Shown piece by piece: positions 17,876-28,249 of a stretch of 64,000 bases of DNA. Below the pieces are notes generated by a model that worked only from the letters and a program-made list of their open reading frames with translations, did not search any database and had not been told where the DNA came from. Origin of the DNA: an uncultured Methanoregulaceae archaeon (lineage in GTDB: Archaea; Halobacteriota; Methanomicrobia; Methanomicrobiales; Methanospirillaceae); the NCBI GenBank assembly GCA_963737635.1, contig CAVTTL010000001.1, forward strand, positions 1,472,001 to 1,536,000. Reading direction: 5' to 3'. Both the position numbers and the translations under genes were made by a program. How positions within the stretch are numbered: the stretch's first letter is position 1; every line of letters begins with the position of its first letter.

Positions 17876-18878
17876 GGCGCACGATCTCGATAGTCTCGCC
17901 ACAGGATGTGCACTGCCGGTCGTCAAGACCGGTAATACGGCTCGAGAAACCCCGGCGTTCAATGAGCATCGCGCCGCAGGCCGGGCAATACGTGTTCTCG
18001 CACGTATGGTGTGCGATGTTTCCAAGATAGGGGAACCGGAGGCCGAGTTCTTTTGCCCGGGTACAGATCTTCTCGAGAAGAGCAACCGGGGTCGCACCTC
18101 GGTTTGTCATCCGGTAATCCGGGTGGAACGCGGAGAAATGCATAGGCGTCTGCGGGCCGAGGTGCTCGATCACCCAGCGGATGAGGGATTCCTGTTCTTC
18201 CATGCTGTCGTTGAGGCCCGGAATGACAAGCGTCACGGTCTCAATGTGCATACCGAGCTCCCGGGCGCGTATGGTCGCATCCAGCACCGGCTGGAGGTGC
18301 CCACCGCAAACCTTCTTGTAGAAATCGTCGGTGAACGCCTTGAGATCCACCCGGAACGCGGCAAGCATGGGGGCCAGTTCTGTTATGGCCTCCTCGGTGA
18401 TGTAGCCATTTGTCACGTAAATCGTCCCAAGGCCCCGCGCCCGGGCAAGAGTACCCATATCGAGCGTATACTCGTGCCAGATGGTCGGTTCGTTATAGGT
18501 CCAGGAGATGCTCGCGCTGCCGCTTGCGAGGGCACGATTTATCCCCTCTTCCGGTGTTATCGTGAAAAGGTTGGCGCTATTCCGGTCTGCCTGCGAGATA
18601 TGCCAGTTCTGGCAGTGCTCGCACCGGAAGTTGCATCCCACGCCTCCCAGAGAATACGAGAGCGTGCACGGAAGGTAATGGAAGAGCGGTTTTTTCTCGA
18701 TGGGATCGACAGCCTCTGCGCTCACGAGGCCATAGGTAGAGGCATACAGCGTCCCGCCTTCGTTCTGTCGCACCCCGCAGATCCCGTGCTTTCCCTCAGC
18801 TATCGTACAGCGGTGATTGCACAGCGAGCACTGCACCACCTTGTTTTCTTTCTTCGCGTACTGAAGTGCTTCGTGCAT
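17865..18878 (-). CDS. amrS: AmmeMemoRadiSam system radical SAM enzyme
   Basis: CSLCNHRC..GICGVR, DPIEKKPLFH, GCNFRCEHCQNWHISQ, TYNEP, C-terminal CPACG/CTSCG. Confidence 0.9.
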   Translation of the reverse strand: MHEALQYAKKENKVVQCSLCNHRCTIAEGKHGICGVRQNEGGTLYASTYGLVSAEAVDPIEKKPLFHYLPCTLSYSLGGVGCNFRCEHCQNWHISQADRNSANLFTITPEEGINRALASGSASISWTYNEPTIWHEYTLDMGTLARARGLGTIYVTNGYITEEAITELAPMLAAFRVDLKAFTDDFYKKVCGGHLQPVLDATIRARELGMHIETVTLVIPGLNDSMEEQESLIRWVIEHLGPQTPMHFSAFHPDYRMTNRGATPVALLEKICTRAKELGLRFPYLGNIAHHTCENTYCPACGAMLIERRGFSSRITGLDDRQCTSCGETIEIVRHAS

Positions 18879-19054
18879 AACCGGTCTCCGTTATTTCCCC
18901 GGTTCTCCAGGTACTTCCCCCCGGATGCATCATCGTCAATTTCAAGGACAAACGATCCCCGGTATTTGCAGTTCTTGCAGAGGTACACCTGCCCCATATA
19001 TCCCCCGGCTACCGGAAAAATCTCCCGGCTCTTGCAGACAGGACAGCACAACAT
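18800..19054 (-). CDS. Small Zn-ribbon protein
   Basis: CPVCKS..YLCKNCKYRGS; 3' end overlaps amrS by 79 nt, so the true end is uncertain. Confidence 0.65.
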   Translation of the reverse strand: MLCCPVCKSREIFPVAGGYMGQVYLCKNCKYRGSFVLEIDDDASGGKYLENRGNNGDRLCTKHFSTRRKKTRWCSARCAITAVR

Positions 19055-19109
19055 GTCGCCACTTCCTTAGGACAACTCTATATGAGCATCCTGTACAAAA
19101 ACTAGTGCA

Positions 19110-19814
19110 ATGAGCACAGTCGTTATCTCGCTTGGCGGCTCGATCCTGATCCCGGAACTGGAGAATAACCGGATACGGGCCTATCTTCCGGTCCTGGAAA
19201 CGATTGCCGCATGCCACCGGCTTTTCGTCGTTGTCGGAGGCGGGGGCGGGGCCCGGGACTACATCGCGCTCGCCCGGAATCTGGGCATCGATGAGGGCAC
19301 TGCAGATGAGATCGGCATTCTGGTAACCAGGCTCAACGCGACGCTCCTGATTGCCGCCCTTGGAGAATCTGCCTACCCTAAGGTCGCAGAGAGCCATTCC
19401 GAGGCAAAGAAATTTGCCGAGTCCAAAAAGATCGTTGTTATGGGTGGGATCACCCCGGGCCAGACCACCGATGCTGTCGCCGCAGTCCTCGCAGAACGGG
19501 TCCATGCCGATGTATTTGTCAACGTAACCTCGGTTAACGGCATCTATGACAAGGACCCCAAACAGTTTCCCGGGGCAAAACATTTCCGGACGCTCACACC
19601 GCAGCAGTTGATCGGGATTGTCGGCAAAGGCGGTCTTGGAGCCGGATCGCATAACGTCCTCGATATCATCGCCGCCCGTGTCGTGGAACGCAGCCGTATC
19701 CCTCTTGTCGTACTTGATGGGACACGACCCGAGAACCTTTCCGACGCACTCCTTGCCGGGAAGTGTGACGGATCTATCGTGAGCGGGACAAAAAAGAAGA
19801 TCCTTCCTCTCTGA
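19110..19814 (+). CDS. pyrH: UMP kinase
   Basis: ISLGGS, VVGGGGGARDYI, GGITPGQTTDAVAA, GIYDKDP. Confidence 0.95.
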   Translation: MSTVVISLGGSILIPELENNRIRAYLPVLETIAACHRLFVVVGGGGGARDYIALARNLGIDEGTADEIGILVTRLNATLLIAALGESAYPKVAESHSEAKKFAESKKIVVMGGITPGQTTDAVAAVLAERVHADVFVNVTSVNGIYDKDPKQFPGAKHFRTLTPQQLIGIVGKGGLGAGSHNVLDIIAARVVERSRIPLVVLDGTRPENLSDALLAGKCDGSIVSGTKKKILPL

Positions 19815-19875
19815 CTTTTTTGGGACCGGTAAACGGCAGGTATTTTTAGCGGCCACGGACAATATTGTAGGACGC

Positions 19876-19950
19876 GGGGTAGTAGGGTAGCCTGGTCCAT
19901 CCTAGAGCGTTTGGGACGCTTTGACGGCGGTTCGAATCCGCCCTACCCCA
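19876..19950 (+). tRNA. tRNA-Pro(TGG)
   Basis: Acceptor GGGGTAG/CTACCCC-A, anticodon loop TTTGGGA, T arm GGCGG-TTCGAAT-CCGCC. Confidence 0.95.
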
Positions 19951-19957
19951 TGAAGAT

Positions 19958-20623
19958 ATGAATGCACAGGCAGCCCGCCGGATCTATGCTCTTTTGGTAA
20001 AACAGTATCCCGATGCCCGCGAGTCGCCAGCAACGGTCGCCCGGGGAACACCATTTGAAGTGCTCATTTTAACGATACTCTCCGCCCAGACAACCGACCG
20101 GGCCGTACTCCTGGTAAAAGATCCGCTTTTTTCAGCCTACCCGACTCCGGTGGCCCTTGCCCGGGCAGAAATAGCCGGTGTCGAACCTATTATCCACAGC
20201 CTCGGGTTCTACCATGCAAAGGCCCGTCATATCATTGCGGCGGCAAAAGCCGTCATTGCCGACTTTGGCGGACAGGTGCCGGATACTATGGAAGATCTGC
20301 TTTCCATTCCCGGTGTCGGCAGGAAGACGGCAAATATCGTGCTGTACCATGGTTTTGGGAAGAACCATGGCATTGCCGTGGACACCCATGTACGCAGGCT
20401 CGCTCAGAGAATTGGGTTTTCTGATACGAATGATGTCAAAGTGATTGAGCATGACCTCATGGCTGTGTTTCCCAAGGAAGAATGGGGCGATCTCACGGAC
20501 GTATTAATCGCGCACGGACGGGTGTGCTGCACCGCAAAAAAACCACAATGCCCGGTCTGCGTAATAAAAACGCTCTGCAGGTATTACCTGACAACATTCA
20601 AAAAGGCAGATAAAGAGGTGTAA
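19958..20623 (+). CDS. nth: Endonuclease III
   Basis: ILSAQTTD, HhH LSIPGVGRKTA, VDTHV, C-x6-C-x2-C-x5-C. Confidence 0.95.
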   Translation: MNAQAARRIYALLVKQYPDARESPATVARGTPFEVLILTILSAQTTDRAVLLVKDPLFSAYPTPVALARAEIAGVEPIIHSLGFYHAKARHIIAAAKAVIADFGGQVPDTMEDLLSIPGVGRKTANIVLYHGFGKNHGIAVDTHVRRLAQRIGFSDTNDVKVIEHDLMAVFPKEEWGDLTDVLIAHGRVCCTAKKPQCPVCVIKTLCRYYLTTFKKADKEV

Positions 20624-20653
20624 CTGCCTCTCTCTTTTTCAGCTTACACCCGT

Positions 20654-21686
20654 TTAATACCCGACAAAGATCCGGATAACCTGGAACGTACCGTACCCGA
20701 TTAACGCGCTGATAGGTATCGTAAGGATCCACGCGATCATGATGCTTCGCGCGACGCCCCACTTGACGGTGCTTGCTCCCATGGTAGATCCGACGCCCAT
20801 GATGGACGAACAAATAACGTGGGTCGTACTCACTGGGATCCCAGCGGCTGATGCACCGAGAATCGTTGCGGCCCCGGCTGTTTCGGCGGCAAAGCCGTTC
20901 ACCGGGCGCAGTTTGGTGATTTTATACCCCATGGTCCGCACAATCCGCCATCCCCCTGCAAGGGTTCCCAGAGCGATTGTCGTATAACAGATGATGATTA
21001 CCCAGAACGGCACTGGCAGGCGACTTAAATTCGCATTCGCACCGTAATACCCGATGGAGAAAAGGAGCGGGACAATGATCCCCATCGTTTTCTGGGCATC
21101 GTTTGTCCCGTGGCTGAAACTGTATGCTGCCGCGGAACAGAGCTGAAGCCGTTTGAAATGTCCCTCTGCTGTTGGTTTATTGGATCCCCGGGTCAACCAG
21201 AGGATCGCGGCCATAAACAGGAACCCGCAGATAAGACCGATCAGCGGCGAGAGCACCATAAAGAGTGCGACCTGCCCGACAGTCGACCACTTGATGACAG
21301 CGATCCCGGCTGCCGAGATACCAGCCCCGGCAAGGCCCCCGATAAGCGCATGAGACGATGACGTAGGCAGGCCAAAGAACCAGGTGATCAGGTTCCAGTC
21401 TGATAGCCCCGGCAAGGGCGGCGAGAACGATGTACGGAATGATGAGGTCCCCGACAACGTCGAGGTTTACGATACTTGCAATCGTGTCTGCAACTGCCAC
21501 GCCAAACCCGAATGCCGCAAGGAAATTGAAGAAAGCCGCAAAAACCACCGCGTTCCGGGGCGAGAGGACTTTTGTGGACACCACGGTCGAGATTGAATTA
21601 GCCGAATCATGGAAGCCGTTCGTGAAATCGAAAACGAGCGCAATGATAATGATCGCGCCAATGAGGATCAAGGGAGGTGCGATCAT
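20654..21686 (-). CDS. pit: PiT-family inorganic phosphate transporter, one frameshift near 21401
   Basis: NGFHDSANSI; GLPTSSSHALIGG; HGTNDAQK; GIPVSTTH. Confidence 0.9.
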
Positions 21687-21726
21687 GCGACCCCTCCCCG
21701 CACTATCTGAATCACCGGAAACCGCC

Positions 21727-22356
21727 TCACGAGTGCCGGATGGCTATGTCGGAGAGCACGTTTGCCACGTCCTCGCAGTAATCGGTTGCCGTTTCGAGGT
21801 TCTCGTAGATATCCTTGAGTTTAATGATCGCTATCGCGTCATTGGTCTTGAAGAGGTCGGTCACCGCATGGGCGAGCACGTCGTCGGCGAGATTCTCAAG
21901 CCTGTTTACCTCGATGCAGCGTTCCTCGACGTACCGCGGATCTTTGATCGAACGGATGCCCTTGACCGCGCCTTCGATCTCGATGGCTGAGAGGTGGATC
22001 AGTTTTGAGAGTTCCACCATGTGGGCATCGGTGTTATCGATACCATAGTAGTACATCTTCTCTGCCGAGCTGTCAATATTATCCATAACATCGTCGAGCG
22101 CCGATGCGAGCTTCGAAATCTCCTCCGGGTCGAGTGGTGTGATAAAAGTCCGGTTCAGCTGCTCGTAGATGCTGTGCGTGATCTGGTCGCCCCTGTGTTC
22201 GAGCAGTTCGATCGCATGCCGTTTCTCCTTGACATTGGTAAAATCCTCGCTCAGCGTCACCAGCTGGTACGCCGCTTCCCGTACCGTTGCGGCCTGGTGT
22301 TCAAACATCTCGAAAAATATCTTGTCCTGCGGTATCAGTAATTCCCGTAAGCCCAT
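21727..22356 (-). CDS. DUF47/PhoU-like PiT accessory protein
   Basis: LEHRGDQIT..LNRTFITPLDPEEI..LENLADD..LETATDYCEDVAN. Confidence 0.9.
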   Translation of the reverse strand: MGLRELLIPQDKIFFEMFEHQAATVREAAYQLVTLSEDFTNVKEKRHAIELLEHRGDQITHSIYEQLNRTFITPLDPEEISKLASALDDVMDNIDSSAEKMYYYGIDNTDAHMVELSKLIHLSAIEIEGAVKGIRSIKDPRYVEERCIEVNRLENLADDVLAHAVTDLFKTNDAIAIIKLKDIYENLETATDYCEDVANVLSDIAIRHS

Positions 22357-22413
22357 ACACAAACCTACTGGTAATCAGCGTAGCAACCTGAAAAATATAG
22401 CGAAATATTGTGC

Positions 22414-23606
22414 TCACATGAGATGCGTTACGGCAAGGGAAACTATGAGGTATCCGGCCCACGCGACAACTGCAGCAAGTGGTATAGTGATCACCCATGC
22501 AGTCATCATTTCGCGCACAATCTTCCAGTGGACCGCGTTTTTCCCCGGGTGACCCCCACGCCAACGATGGCCCCACTTATGATATGGTTTGACGAGACCG
22601 GAATACCATGCGTTGTGACAAATGCAAGGGTTGCGCTGCCGGACGTCCCCGCACAGAATCCCTGGTATGGCCGGATCTTCGTGATCCCCTTTGCCATACG
22701 GTCTACCACTTTCCAGCCGCCAAAACAGGTACCCAGGCCTATCGCTATTGCCGAGAGTAGGATCACCCACGTAGGTACGGCAAAGGTGGAAAGGATGCTG
22801 GCGGATACGAGGAGCGCCGTAATCGCACCGACCGCATGCATCCCGTCGTTTGCCCCATGGCCGGTGGCCTGGAAGAGACAGGCGGCGATCTGGAGCGGCG
22901 TAAAGATCCGCTTCATCCGGTTCTGACGCGAATTTTTGAAAAGCTGCGAGACCAGTACATCGAAAAGAAACGCGATGACTGCTCCAAGAACCGGTGAGAT
23001 GAAAATGAAGAGGACAACTGCCAGCAGACCGGTAATATTGAGCACCCCAAAGATTATCGTGATGGGGATGGCAAGGGCTGCCCCACAGACTGCTCCCACA
23101 AGAATGGCGAGCCTTATATCACCATGAAGAGCCGCGGTGATACCTGTCACGGTTACGATCCCGAGAACAGCACCAAGAATGGCCCAGCCGAATACCTGGG
23201 CGAGGATGTTCCAACCCGGGTAAATTATCGCGGAAAATCCGAATGCGGCAATGCTTGACCCTATGAGGCCCCCGATGAGTGCATGGCTGCTGGAAAGAGG
23301 AATGCCTATTCGGGTGGCACAGAAAACCAGTAACGTAGAGGCAAGCATGGCAATGATGATCGTCTCCGGGGTATACATGGCAGGATGAACAATGGCGGTA
23401 CCGATAGTTGCCGCGACGGCAGTCGTGAAGACAAAAGGACCTGCCATGTTGCAGACACCTGTCAGGAAGACTGCCTTTGCCGGTGATAGCGCCCTGGTCG
23501 CAACAACGGTTGCAATTCCCTGGGCTGAATCGGTGAGCCCATTGAAAAAATTCAGTACAAGGGCGACAACAATGCCAAATATGATGAGGGGATCGTAGCC
23601 GGTCAT
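22414..23606 (-). CDS. pit: Second, divergent PiT-family transporter, one frameshift near 22540
   Basis: NGLTDSAQGI, GIPLSSSHALIGG, HGANDGMH, GIPVSSNH; C-terminus (VHWKIVREMMTAWVITIP) in the adjacent frame. Confidence 0.85.
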
Positions 23607-24232
23607 GTATGGCTCATCGAAATATCCGAGAGGGCATGGGCGACATCGTTACATTTCTCCATGACCCGTGCCAGCCCTTCGTAGATATCCTTGAGTTTGA
23701 TGATGAGGAGGAGATCCTGGGCCTTGAACAGTTCGAGCACGGCCCGCGAAAGGAGTTCTCCGGAGAGATTATAGAGACGGTTGATCTCGGTCGCGTGTGC
23801 CCGGACGTCGTCGGGCCTTTTCAATGTCGAAAGAGCGTCAAGTGCCGATGTAATCTCGTTTCCCGCCATTACGATCAGGTACGAATATTCCTTGAGGACA
23901 TCGTTTGACTGCTGGATACCGTAGTTAGCCAGCTGGTGGGTCACCCAGTCCAGCCGGTCCAGAACGTCATCAAATGCAGGCGCAAGCCGGGCGATTTCAT
24001 CAGGTTCAAGGGGGGTGATCAGGGATTCGTTGAGATGCTCGTAGATCTGACGGGTTATTTCGTCTCCTAGGTGTTCGATCTGGCGCACCTTGTGCGCTTT
24101 TTCTGTGCCGTTCGGGAGCTCATGGGTGATCTCGTTTAAAGTCGTCGCAGCCTCGTTGATCTTCTGGGCCATCTCTTTAAAGAGAGTAAAAAAGATCTTG
24201 TCCTGGGGAAGGATAAGGTCGCTGATTCGCAT
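23603..24232 (-). CDS. Second, divergent DUF47/PhoU-like protein
   Basis: LILPQDKIFF, IEHLGDEIT, ITPLEPDEI, IKLKDIYE; clear paralog of 21727..22356. Confidence 0.88.
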   Translation of the reverse strand: MRISDLILPQDKIFFTLFKEMAQKINEAATTLNEITHELPNGTEKAHKVRQIEHLGDEITRQIYEHLNESLITPLEPDEIARLAPAFDDVLDRLDWVTHQLANYGIQQSNDVLKEYSYLIVMAGNEITSALDALSTLKRPDDVRAHATEINRLYNLSGELLSRAVLELFKAQDLLLIIKLKDIYEGLARVMEKCNDVAHALSDISMSHT

Positions 24233-24376
24233 GATCTCAAGTGGTACGCAGGTGTTTGTAGTATAAATAATATACGAGAAAACTGGCCGGATTTCGCCGT
24301 TGCACTCTACGATTTCATAAAAACGAAAATAGTGCGTTCTCGGATAAGTCACACAACACTTCTAGAAAACAAAAGA

Positions 24377-24448
24377 TGGACTGGGCGGGAATTGAACCCG
24401 CGGCCTCTCCCATGCCAAGGGAGCGTAATACCACTTTACCACCAGCCC
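24377..24448 (-). tRNA. tRNA-Ala(GGC)
   Basis: Minus strand GGGCTGG..CTCCC-TTGGCAT-GGGAG..GCGGG-TTCAATT-CCCGC-CCAGTCC-A; G3:U70 pair. Confidence 0.95.
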
Positions 24449-24501
24449 GCTTTAACATAGTTGCACGGCATAGGTAAAAAGAATTGGGTGAAAAGCTTGT
24501 G

Positions 24502-25704
24502 CTATTCCTGCTGGGCAGCAGGCGTTTTTTTCTGCGAGCCGTTTTTCCGGTTCTTTTTTCCGGTTCCATTTTTATCCCCGGCGGCTTCTGCAGAGTGTTT
24601 TATCCATGCAAGGACTCGTTTCCGTGCCTCCTGCATGTCAGATTGCTGAACGATCCGGCCGTCTACGATATACGTCCTGATGAGCGGAACCGCGTTTGCG
24701 GGAGGGGCCTGACTGATGGGAAGAGTCCGGTGTTTCTCGCAGACCAGCTCGTAGACCTGCTTTATCCCACTCTTCTTTCCCCGTTTTGCCTTTGGTTTTT
24801 TTTCAATCTCCACAATATCCATGGCAAAATCGACTACAGGAGCGTTTGCAATTGCACCCCCGATCCCAAAGGCGTCGACGCAGTCCCGGTACGCGATCAC
24901 ATCCTCTCGCGTCACACCGCCCGATAGGAAGATCTTTACCTGGGAATAGCCATGCGAGTCCAGCTCCCAACGGACTTCTTCAACAATCGAGCGCATGTTT
25001 CCCCGGCGGGACCGGGGCGTATCGAGCCTCACTGCCGTCGCGCCGCATCCGGCCGCATGTAGTGACTCGGTCTTCTCGTCGCAGTACGTATCGCAGAGCA
25101 TGATACGGGGGACATCGGCCGGGGCATAGCGGTCAAAGGCGCACCACGCGTCTTCCGGGGCGGGAAAGCACATTATCATTGCATGGGGCATGGTACCGAC
25201 GATGGGCATACCGGCGGGCGCGCAGATATTGGAGACGCCGTCGACACCACCAATCCAGGCTGCCCGCTCTATCATCGTCGCAATTGCCGGGTGCTGCCGC
25301 CGGGAACCAAAGGAATAAACGGGCCTGCCTTTCGTTTCGCACATGATATGGGCGGTCGCCGATGCGATCCCGGAGGCGTGGCACAGGAATCCGAGGATCG
25401 CCGTCTCGTACCGGCAGAAGTCCCGGTAGTGCCCGGTGATGCGGAGAACCGGTTCCCCCGGGTAAAAGAGAGTTCCCTCCGGCATTGCGTCGACCGTTAC
25501 CGGAACACCGGAAAGGAGTGCCAAGACATCGGACAAACCGCAGACGATTCCCCAGCTGTCCGGAAGCGCAGCAGCGGTCACCTCCATGGATACGAGCGGG
25601 TTGACCTTCTCTTTTTCCAGGACCTCTTCGGTGCGGATAAAATAGATGTCAGTGCACCCTCCCTGTTTTATCGTTTCGTCACTGACGGTATCGAACATGC
25701 CCAT
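24502..25704 (-). CDS. pncB: Nicotinate phosphoribosyltransferase
   Basis: TDIYF, YETAILG, FGSRR, GTMPHA, VRLDTP, FLSGG, FGIG, KRGK. Confidence 0.9.
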   Translation of the reverse strand: MGMFDTVSDETIKQGGCTDIYFIRTEEVLEKEKVNPLVSMEVTAAALPDSWGIVCGLSDVLALLSGVPVTVDAMPEGTLFYPGEPVLRITGHYRDFCRYETAILGFLCHASGIASATAHIMCETKGRPVYSFGSRRQHPAIATMIERAAWIGGVDGVSNICAPAGMPIVGTMPHAMIMCFPAPEDAWCAFDRYAPADVPRIMLCDTYCDEKTESLHAAGCGATAVRLDTPRSRRGNMRSIVEEVRWELDSHGYSQVKIFLSGGVTREDVIAYRDCVDAFGIGGAIANAPVVDFAMDIVEIEKKPKAKRGKKSGIKQVYELVCEKHRTLPISQAPPANAVPLIRTYIVDGRIVQQSDMQEARKRVLAWIKHSAEAAGDKNGTGKKNRKNGSQKKTPAAQQE

Positions 25705-25861
25705 GGGAAGATATTGGGGCAGGGATATTTTACGTTTAGTGGTTGTTCGAAAACCTGCGCTAGGTATTAGTGCCGGGGCACACAATCTTTTGGCGAAGAT
25801 TCATGGCCCTGCTCTCACCTCTCCACAGGATTTCCGGTAACATGTCAGGGGGCTGCACCTG

Positions 25862-26533
25862 ATGCTTGGCATTATCGGCGGGACAAGCCTGCTCTTTTCA
25901 ACCCTGCCGGAGCTTAAAAAGGAAAGCGTGGCCACGCCATACGGCGCAGCTGATCTCCTCTGCGGCGATATCGTGATCCTGATGCGCCACCAGCACGGCC
26001 GGCCACCGCACCGGATCAATTTCCGTGCAAACCTCGCTTCCATGGCGATTGCCGGCGTTGACCGGATCGTCGCATTCGGGTCATCGGGATCGCTCAAAAA
26101 AGAGATCCCGCCCGGCACCCTCCTCATCCCGACAGATTATGTCAGCCTGACCGATATCCCCTCCATCCACGACCACGCGATAGAGCATGTCCGGCCGGAA
26201 CTTCCGCGGGCATTTGCGGAGAAACTCTCCGCGGTTGTTCCAGAAGCACGGCTCGGTGGTGTCTATGTACAGACCCGGGGGCCGAGGATCGAGACGGTCG
26301 CCGAGGTGAAGGCACTTGCCGGGATTGCCGATGTGGTAGGCATGACGGTTGCCTCGGAAGCGACGCTTGCCTGTGAACTCGGTATGGACTTTGCTGCGCT
26401 CTGTGCGATTGACAATTACGCAAACGGTCTTGGGGATGAGGTGCTCACCTACGATCATATCCTCTCCACCGCAAAGACGTATGGTCACCGGACCGAAGAG
26501 ATTATCGGATCGATCGTCCGGCAGATGGGATAA
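25862..26533 (+). CDS. MTAP-family purine nucleoside phosphorylase (likely methylthioinosine phosphorylase)
   Basis: GIIGGTS, PPHRINFRAN, GPRIETVAE, VGMT, IDNYA; paired with a deaminase. Confidence 0.88.
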   Translation: MLGIIGGTSLLFSTLPELKKESVATPYGAADLLCGDIVILMRHQHGRPPHRINFRANLASMAIAGVDRIVAFGSSGSLKKEIPPGTLLIPTDYVSLTDIPSIHDHAIEHVRPELPRAFAEKLSAVVPEARLGGVYVQTRGPRIETVAEVKALAGIADVVGMTVASEATLACELGMDFAALCAIDNYANGLGDEVLTYDHILSTAKTYGHRTEEIIGSIVRQMG

Positions 26534-26549
26534 GAGGGGGAAAACGGGC

Positions 26550-27878
26550 ATGACAACAAAAGAAACGGCAGATATTTTCGGAAAGAACAAGTCGGTGCTT
26601 ATCACCAACGTGATCGACCACACCGGGCCGGTAGATATCTTTGTCGACGCGGCCGAGACAATCACCGATATCGGGCGTGGGATCCGGAGACGGCACCGGG
26701 GCGAAGCGGAATTTATCCTTGATGGGGAAGGGGCGCTCGCGCTTCCGGGCCTTGCAAATACGCACACGCATGCGGCAATGACACTCCTGCGGGGGTACGC
26801 AGACGATATGATCCTGCAGGACTGGCTCAGCCAGAAGATCTGGCCACTCGAAGCGCACCTGACCGGGGAAGATGTGTACTGGGGAACGAAGCTTGCCTGC
26901 CTCGAGATGATCCGGACCGGAACCACGGCATTTAATGACATGTATTTCTTTATGGAAGACGCCGCCCGGGCGGTGGACGAGGCCGGTATCCGCGCCCTCC
27001 TCTGCTACGGGTTCATCGACCTTGGTGATGCAGGAAAACGGGAGCATGAGTGTCGGGCAACGGAAGCGCTGGTCGCACATATCAGGAACATGAACAATTC
27101 CCGGATCCGTGCCGCTGCCGGGCCGCACGCACCATATACGGTCTCTCCCGAAGGGCTGAAGTGGTGCGCGGTGTTTTCCCGCGAGCAGCAGATCCCCCTT
27201 CACATTCATCTGTCCGAGACTGAAAAAGAGGTGGCTGTCTGCGTCGCTCAACATGGCAAGCGGCCGGCTGCACTGTTGGACGAGTGCGGCATCCTGACCC
27301 CCCGGACCATTGCAGCACACGGATGCTGGCTCGACGATGACGAGTGCAAACTTCTTGGGAAAAGGGGTGTGCATATCTCCCACAACCCGGCAAGCAACAT
27401 GAAGCTTGCCACTCACCGGGCGCTGCCGTACCCCCAGCTTGCAGCGGCCGGGGCAAATGTCTGTATCGGGACAGACGGGTGCGCCTCGAACAATAATCTC
27501 GACCTTTTCGAGGAGGTAAAGACTGCCGCCCTGTTGCAGAAATTCTTCTGGAACGATCCGACGATCCTTCCGGCACCGGAAGCACTCGCGATGGCAACTA
27601 CAAACGGAGCAAAGGCACTGGGCTTTGGCACCGGCACCCTGATCGAAGGGGCACCGGCGGATATCATCCTTGTATCCACCCGGATCCCCTGTAATACGCC
27701 ATTACACAATGCCGCTTCAAACCTGGTCTATTCCTGCAGCGGGGCAGCCGTAGAAACCACCATCTGCAGCGGCCGGGTGCTGATGTTCGACCGCGAGGTC
27801 CCGGGCGAGGCAGAGATCCTGAAAAACGCAGCGCATGCGGCTGCAGATCTTGTGAAACGTGCGCAGGCACCGGCGTGA
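26550..27878 (+). CDS. 5'-deoxyadenosine/MTA/SAH deaminase (amidohydrolase)
   Basis: NTHTHAAM, GPHAPY, HIHLSET, HNPASNMKL, GTDGCASNN. Confidence 0.88.
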   Translation: MTTKETADIFGKNKSVLITNVIDHTGPVDIFVDAAETITDIGRGIRRRHRGEAEFILDGEGALALPGLANTHTHAAMTLLRGYADDMILQDWLSQKIWPLEAHLTGEDVYWGTKLACLEMIRTGTTAFNDMYFFMEDAARAVDEAGIRALLCYGFIDLGDAGKREHECRATEALVAHIRNMNNSRIRAAAGPHAPYTVSPEGLKWCAVFSREQQIPLHIHLSETEKEVAVCVAQHGKRPAALLDECGILTPRTIAAHGCWLDDDECKLLGKRGVHISHNPASNMKLATHRALPYPQLAAAGANVCIGTDGCASNNNLDLFEEVKTAALLQKFFWNDPTILPAPEALAMATTNGAKALGFGTGTLIEGAPADIILVSTRIPCNTPLHNAASNLVYSCSGAAVETTICSGRVLMFDREVPGEAEILKNAAHAAADLVKRAQAPA

Positions 27879-27933
27879 AGCACCGGGAGCATATCCGACA
27901 CATCTTTACCATTTCATACTGAATTTGTGAGGT

Positions 27934-28122
27934 ATGACATGTTGCGAGAACCACCCGGACCATGCACACCAGAAAACCTGCCGGGTCTGTAAATCCGAGT
28001 ACTGCCATGAATGCCATCCCTCCCACTTTGGGATCTGCGAGAAGTGCGCTTACAAAATCCTGATCGCACTTGTCGTCGTGATGGTTATCGTGTCGTATAT
28101 GGTCTGGTTCGGCGTATTTTAA
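27934..28122 (+). CDS. Small B-box-like Zn-finger protein with C-terminal TM helix
   Basis: CENH..CRVC..CHEC..CEKC then a hydrophobic tail; GAGGT upstream. Confidence 0.7.
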   Translation: MTCCENHPDHAHQKTCRVCKSEYCHECHPSHFGICEKCAYKILIALVVVMVIVSYMVWFGVF

Positions 28123-28249
28123 CCGGGCGAACTTTTTTTGTGTAATAACAAAGGTATTTGCCCGGAGACGTTGGAAAAAGAGATGTTTTTTGCCCTGACC
28201 GTTATGTCTGTAACAAAAACAATCTGTCCTTTCACCGGAGGATTGGACT

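Noticed and set aside
17427-19070. 547-aa plus-strand ORF
   Set aside because: Antisense shadow of Mut7-C/amrS; no recognisable motifs
19876-24448. tRNA-anchored island carrying the PiT duplication
   Set aside because: No duplicate of either tRNA 3' end found by eye and no compositional shift
24502-27878. pncB divergent from the phosphorylase-deaminase pair as a novel pathway
   Set aside because: Explained by known NAD salvage and SAM by-product salvage
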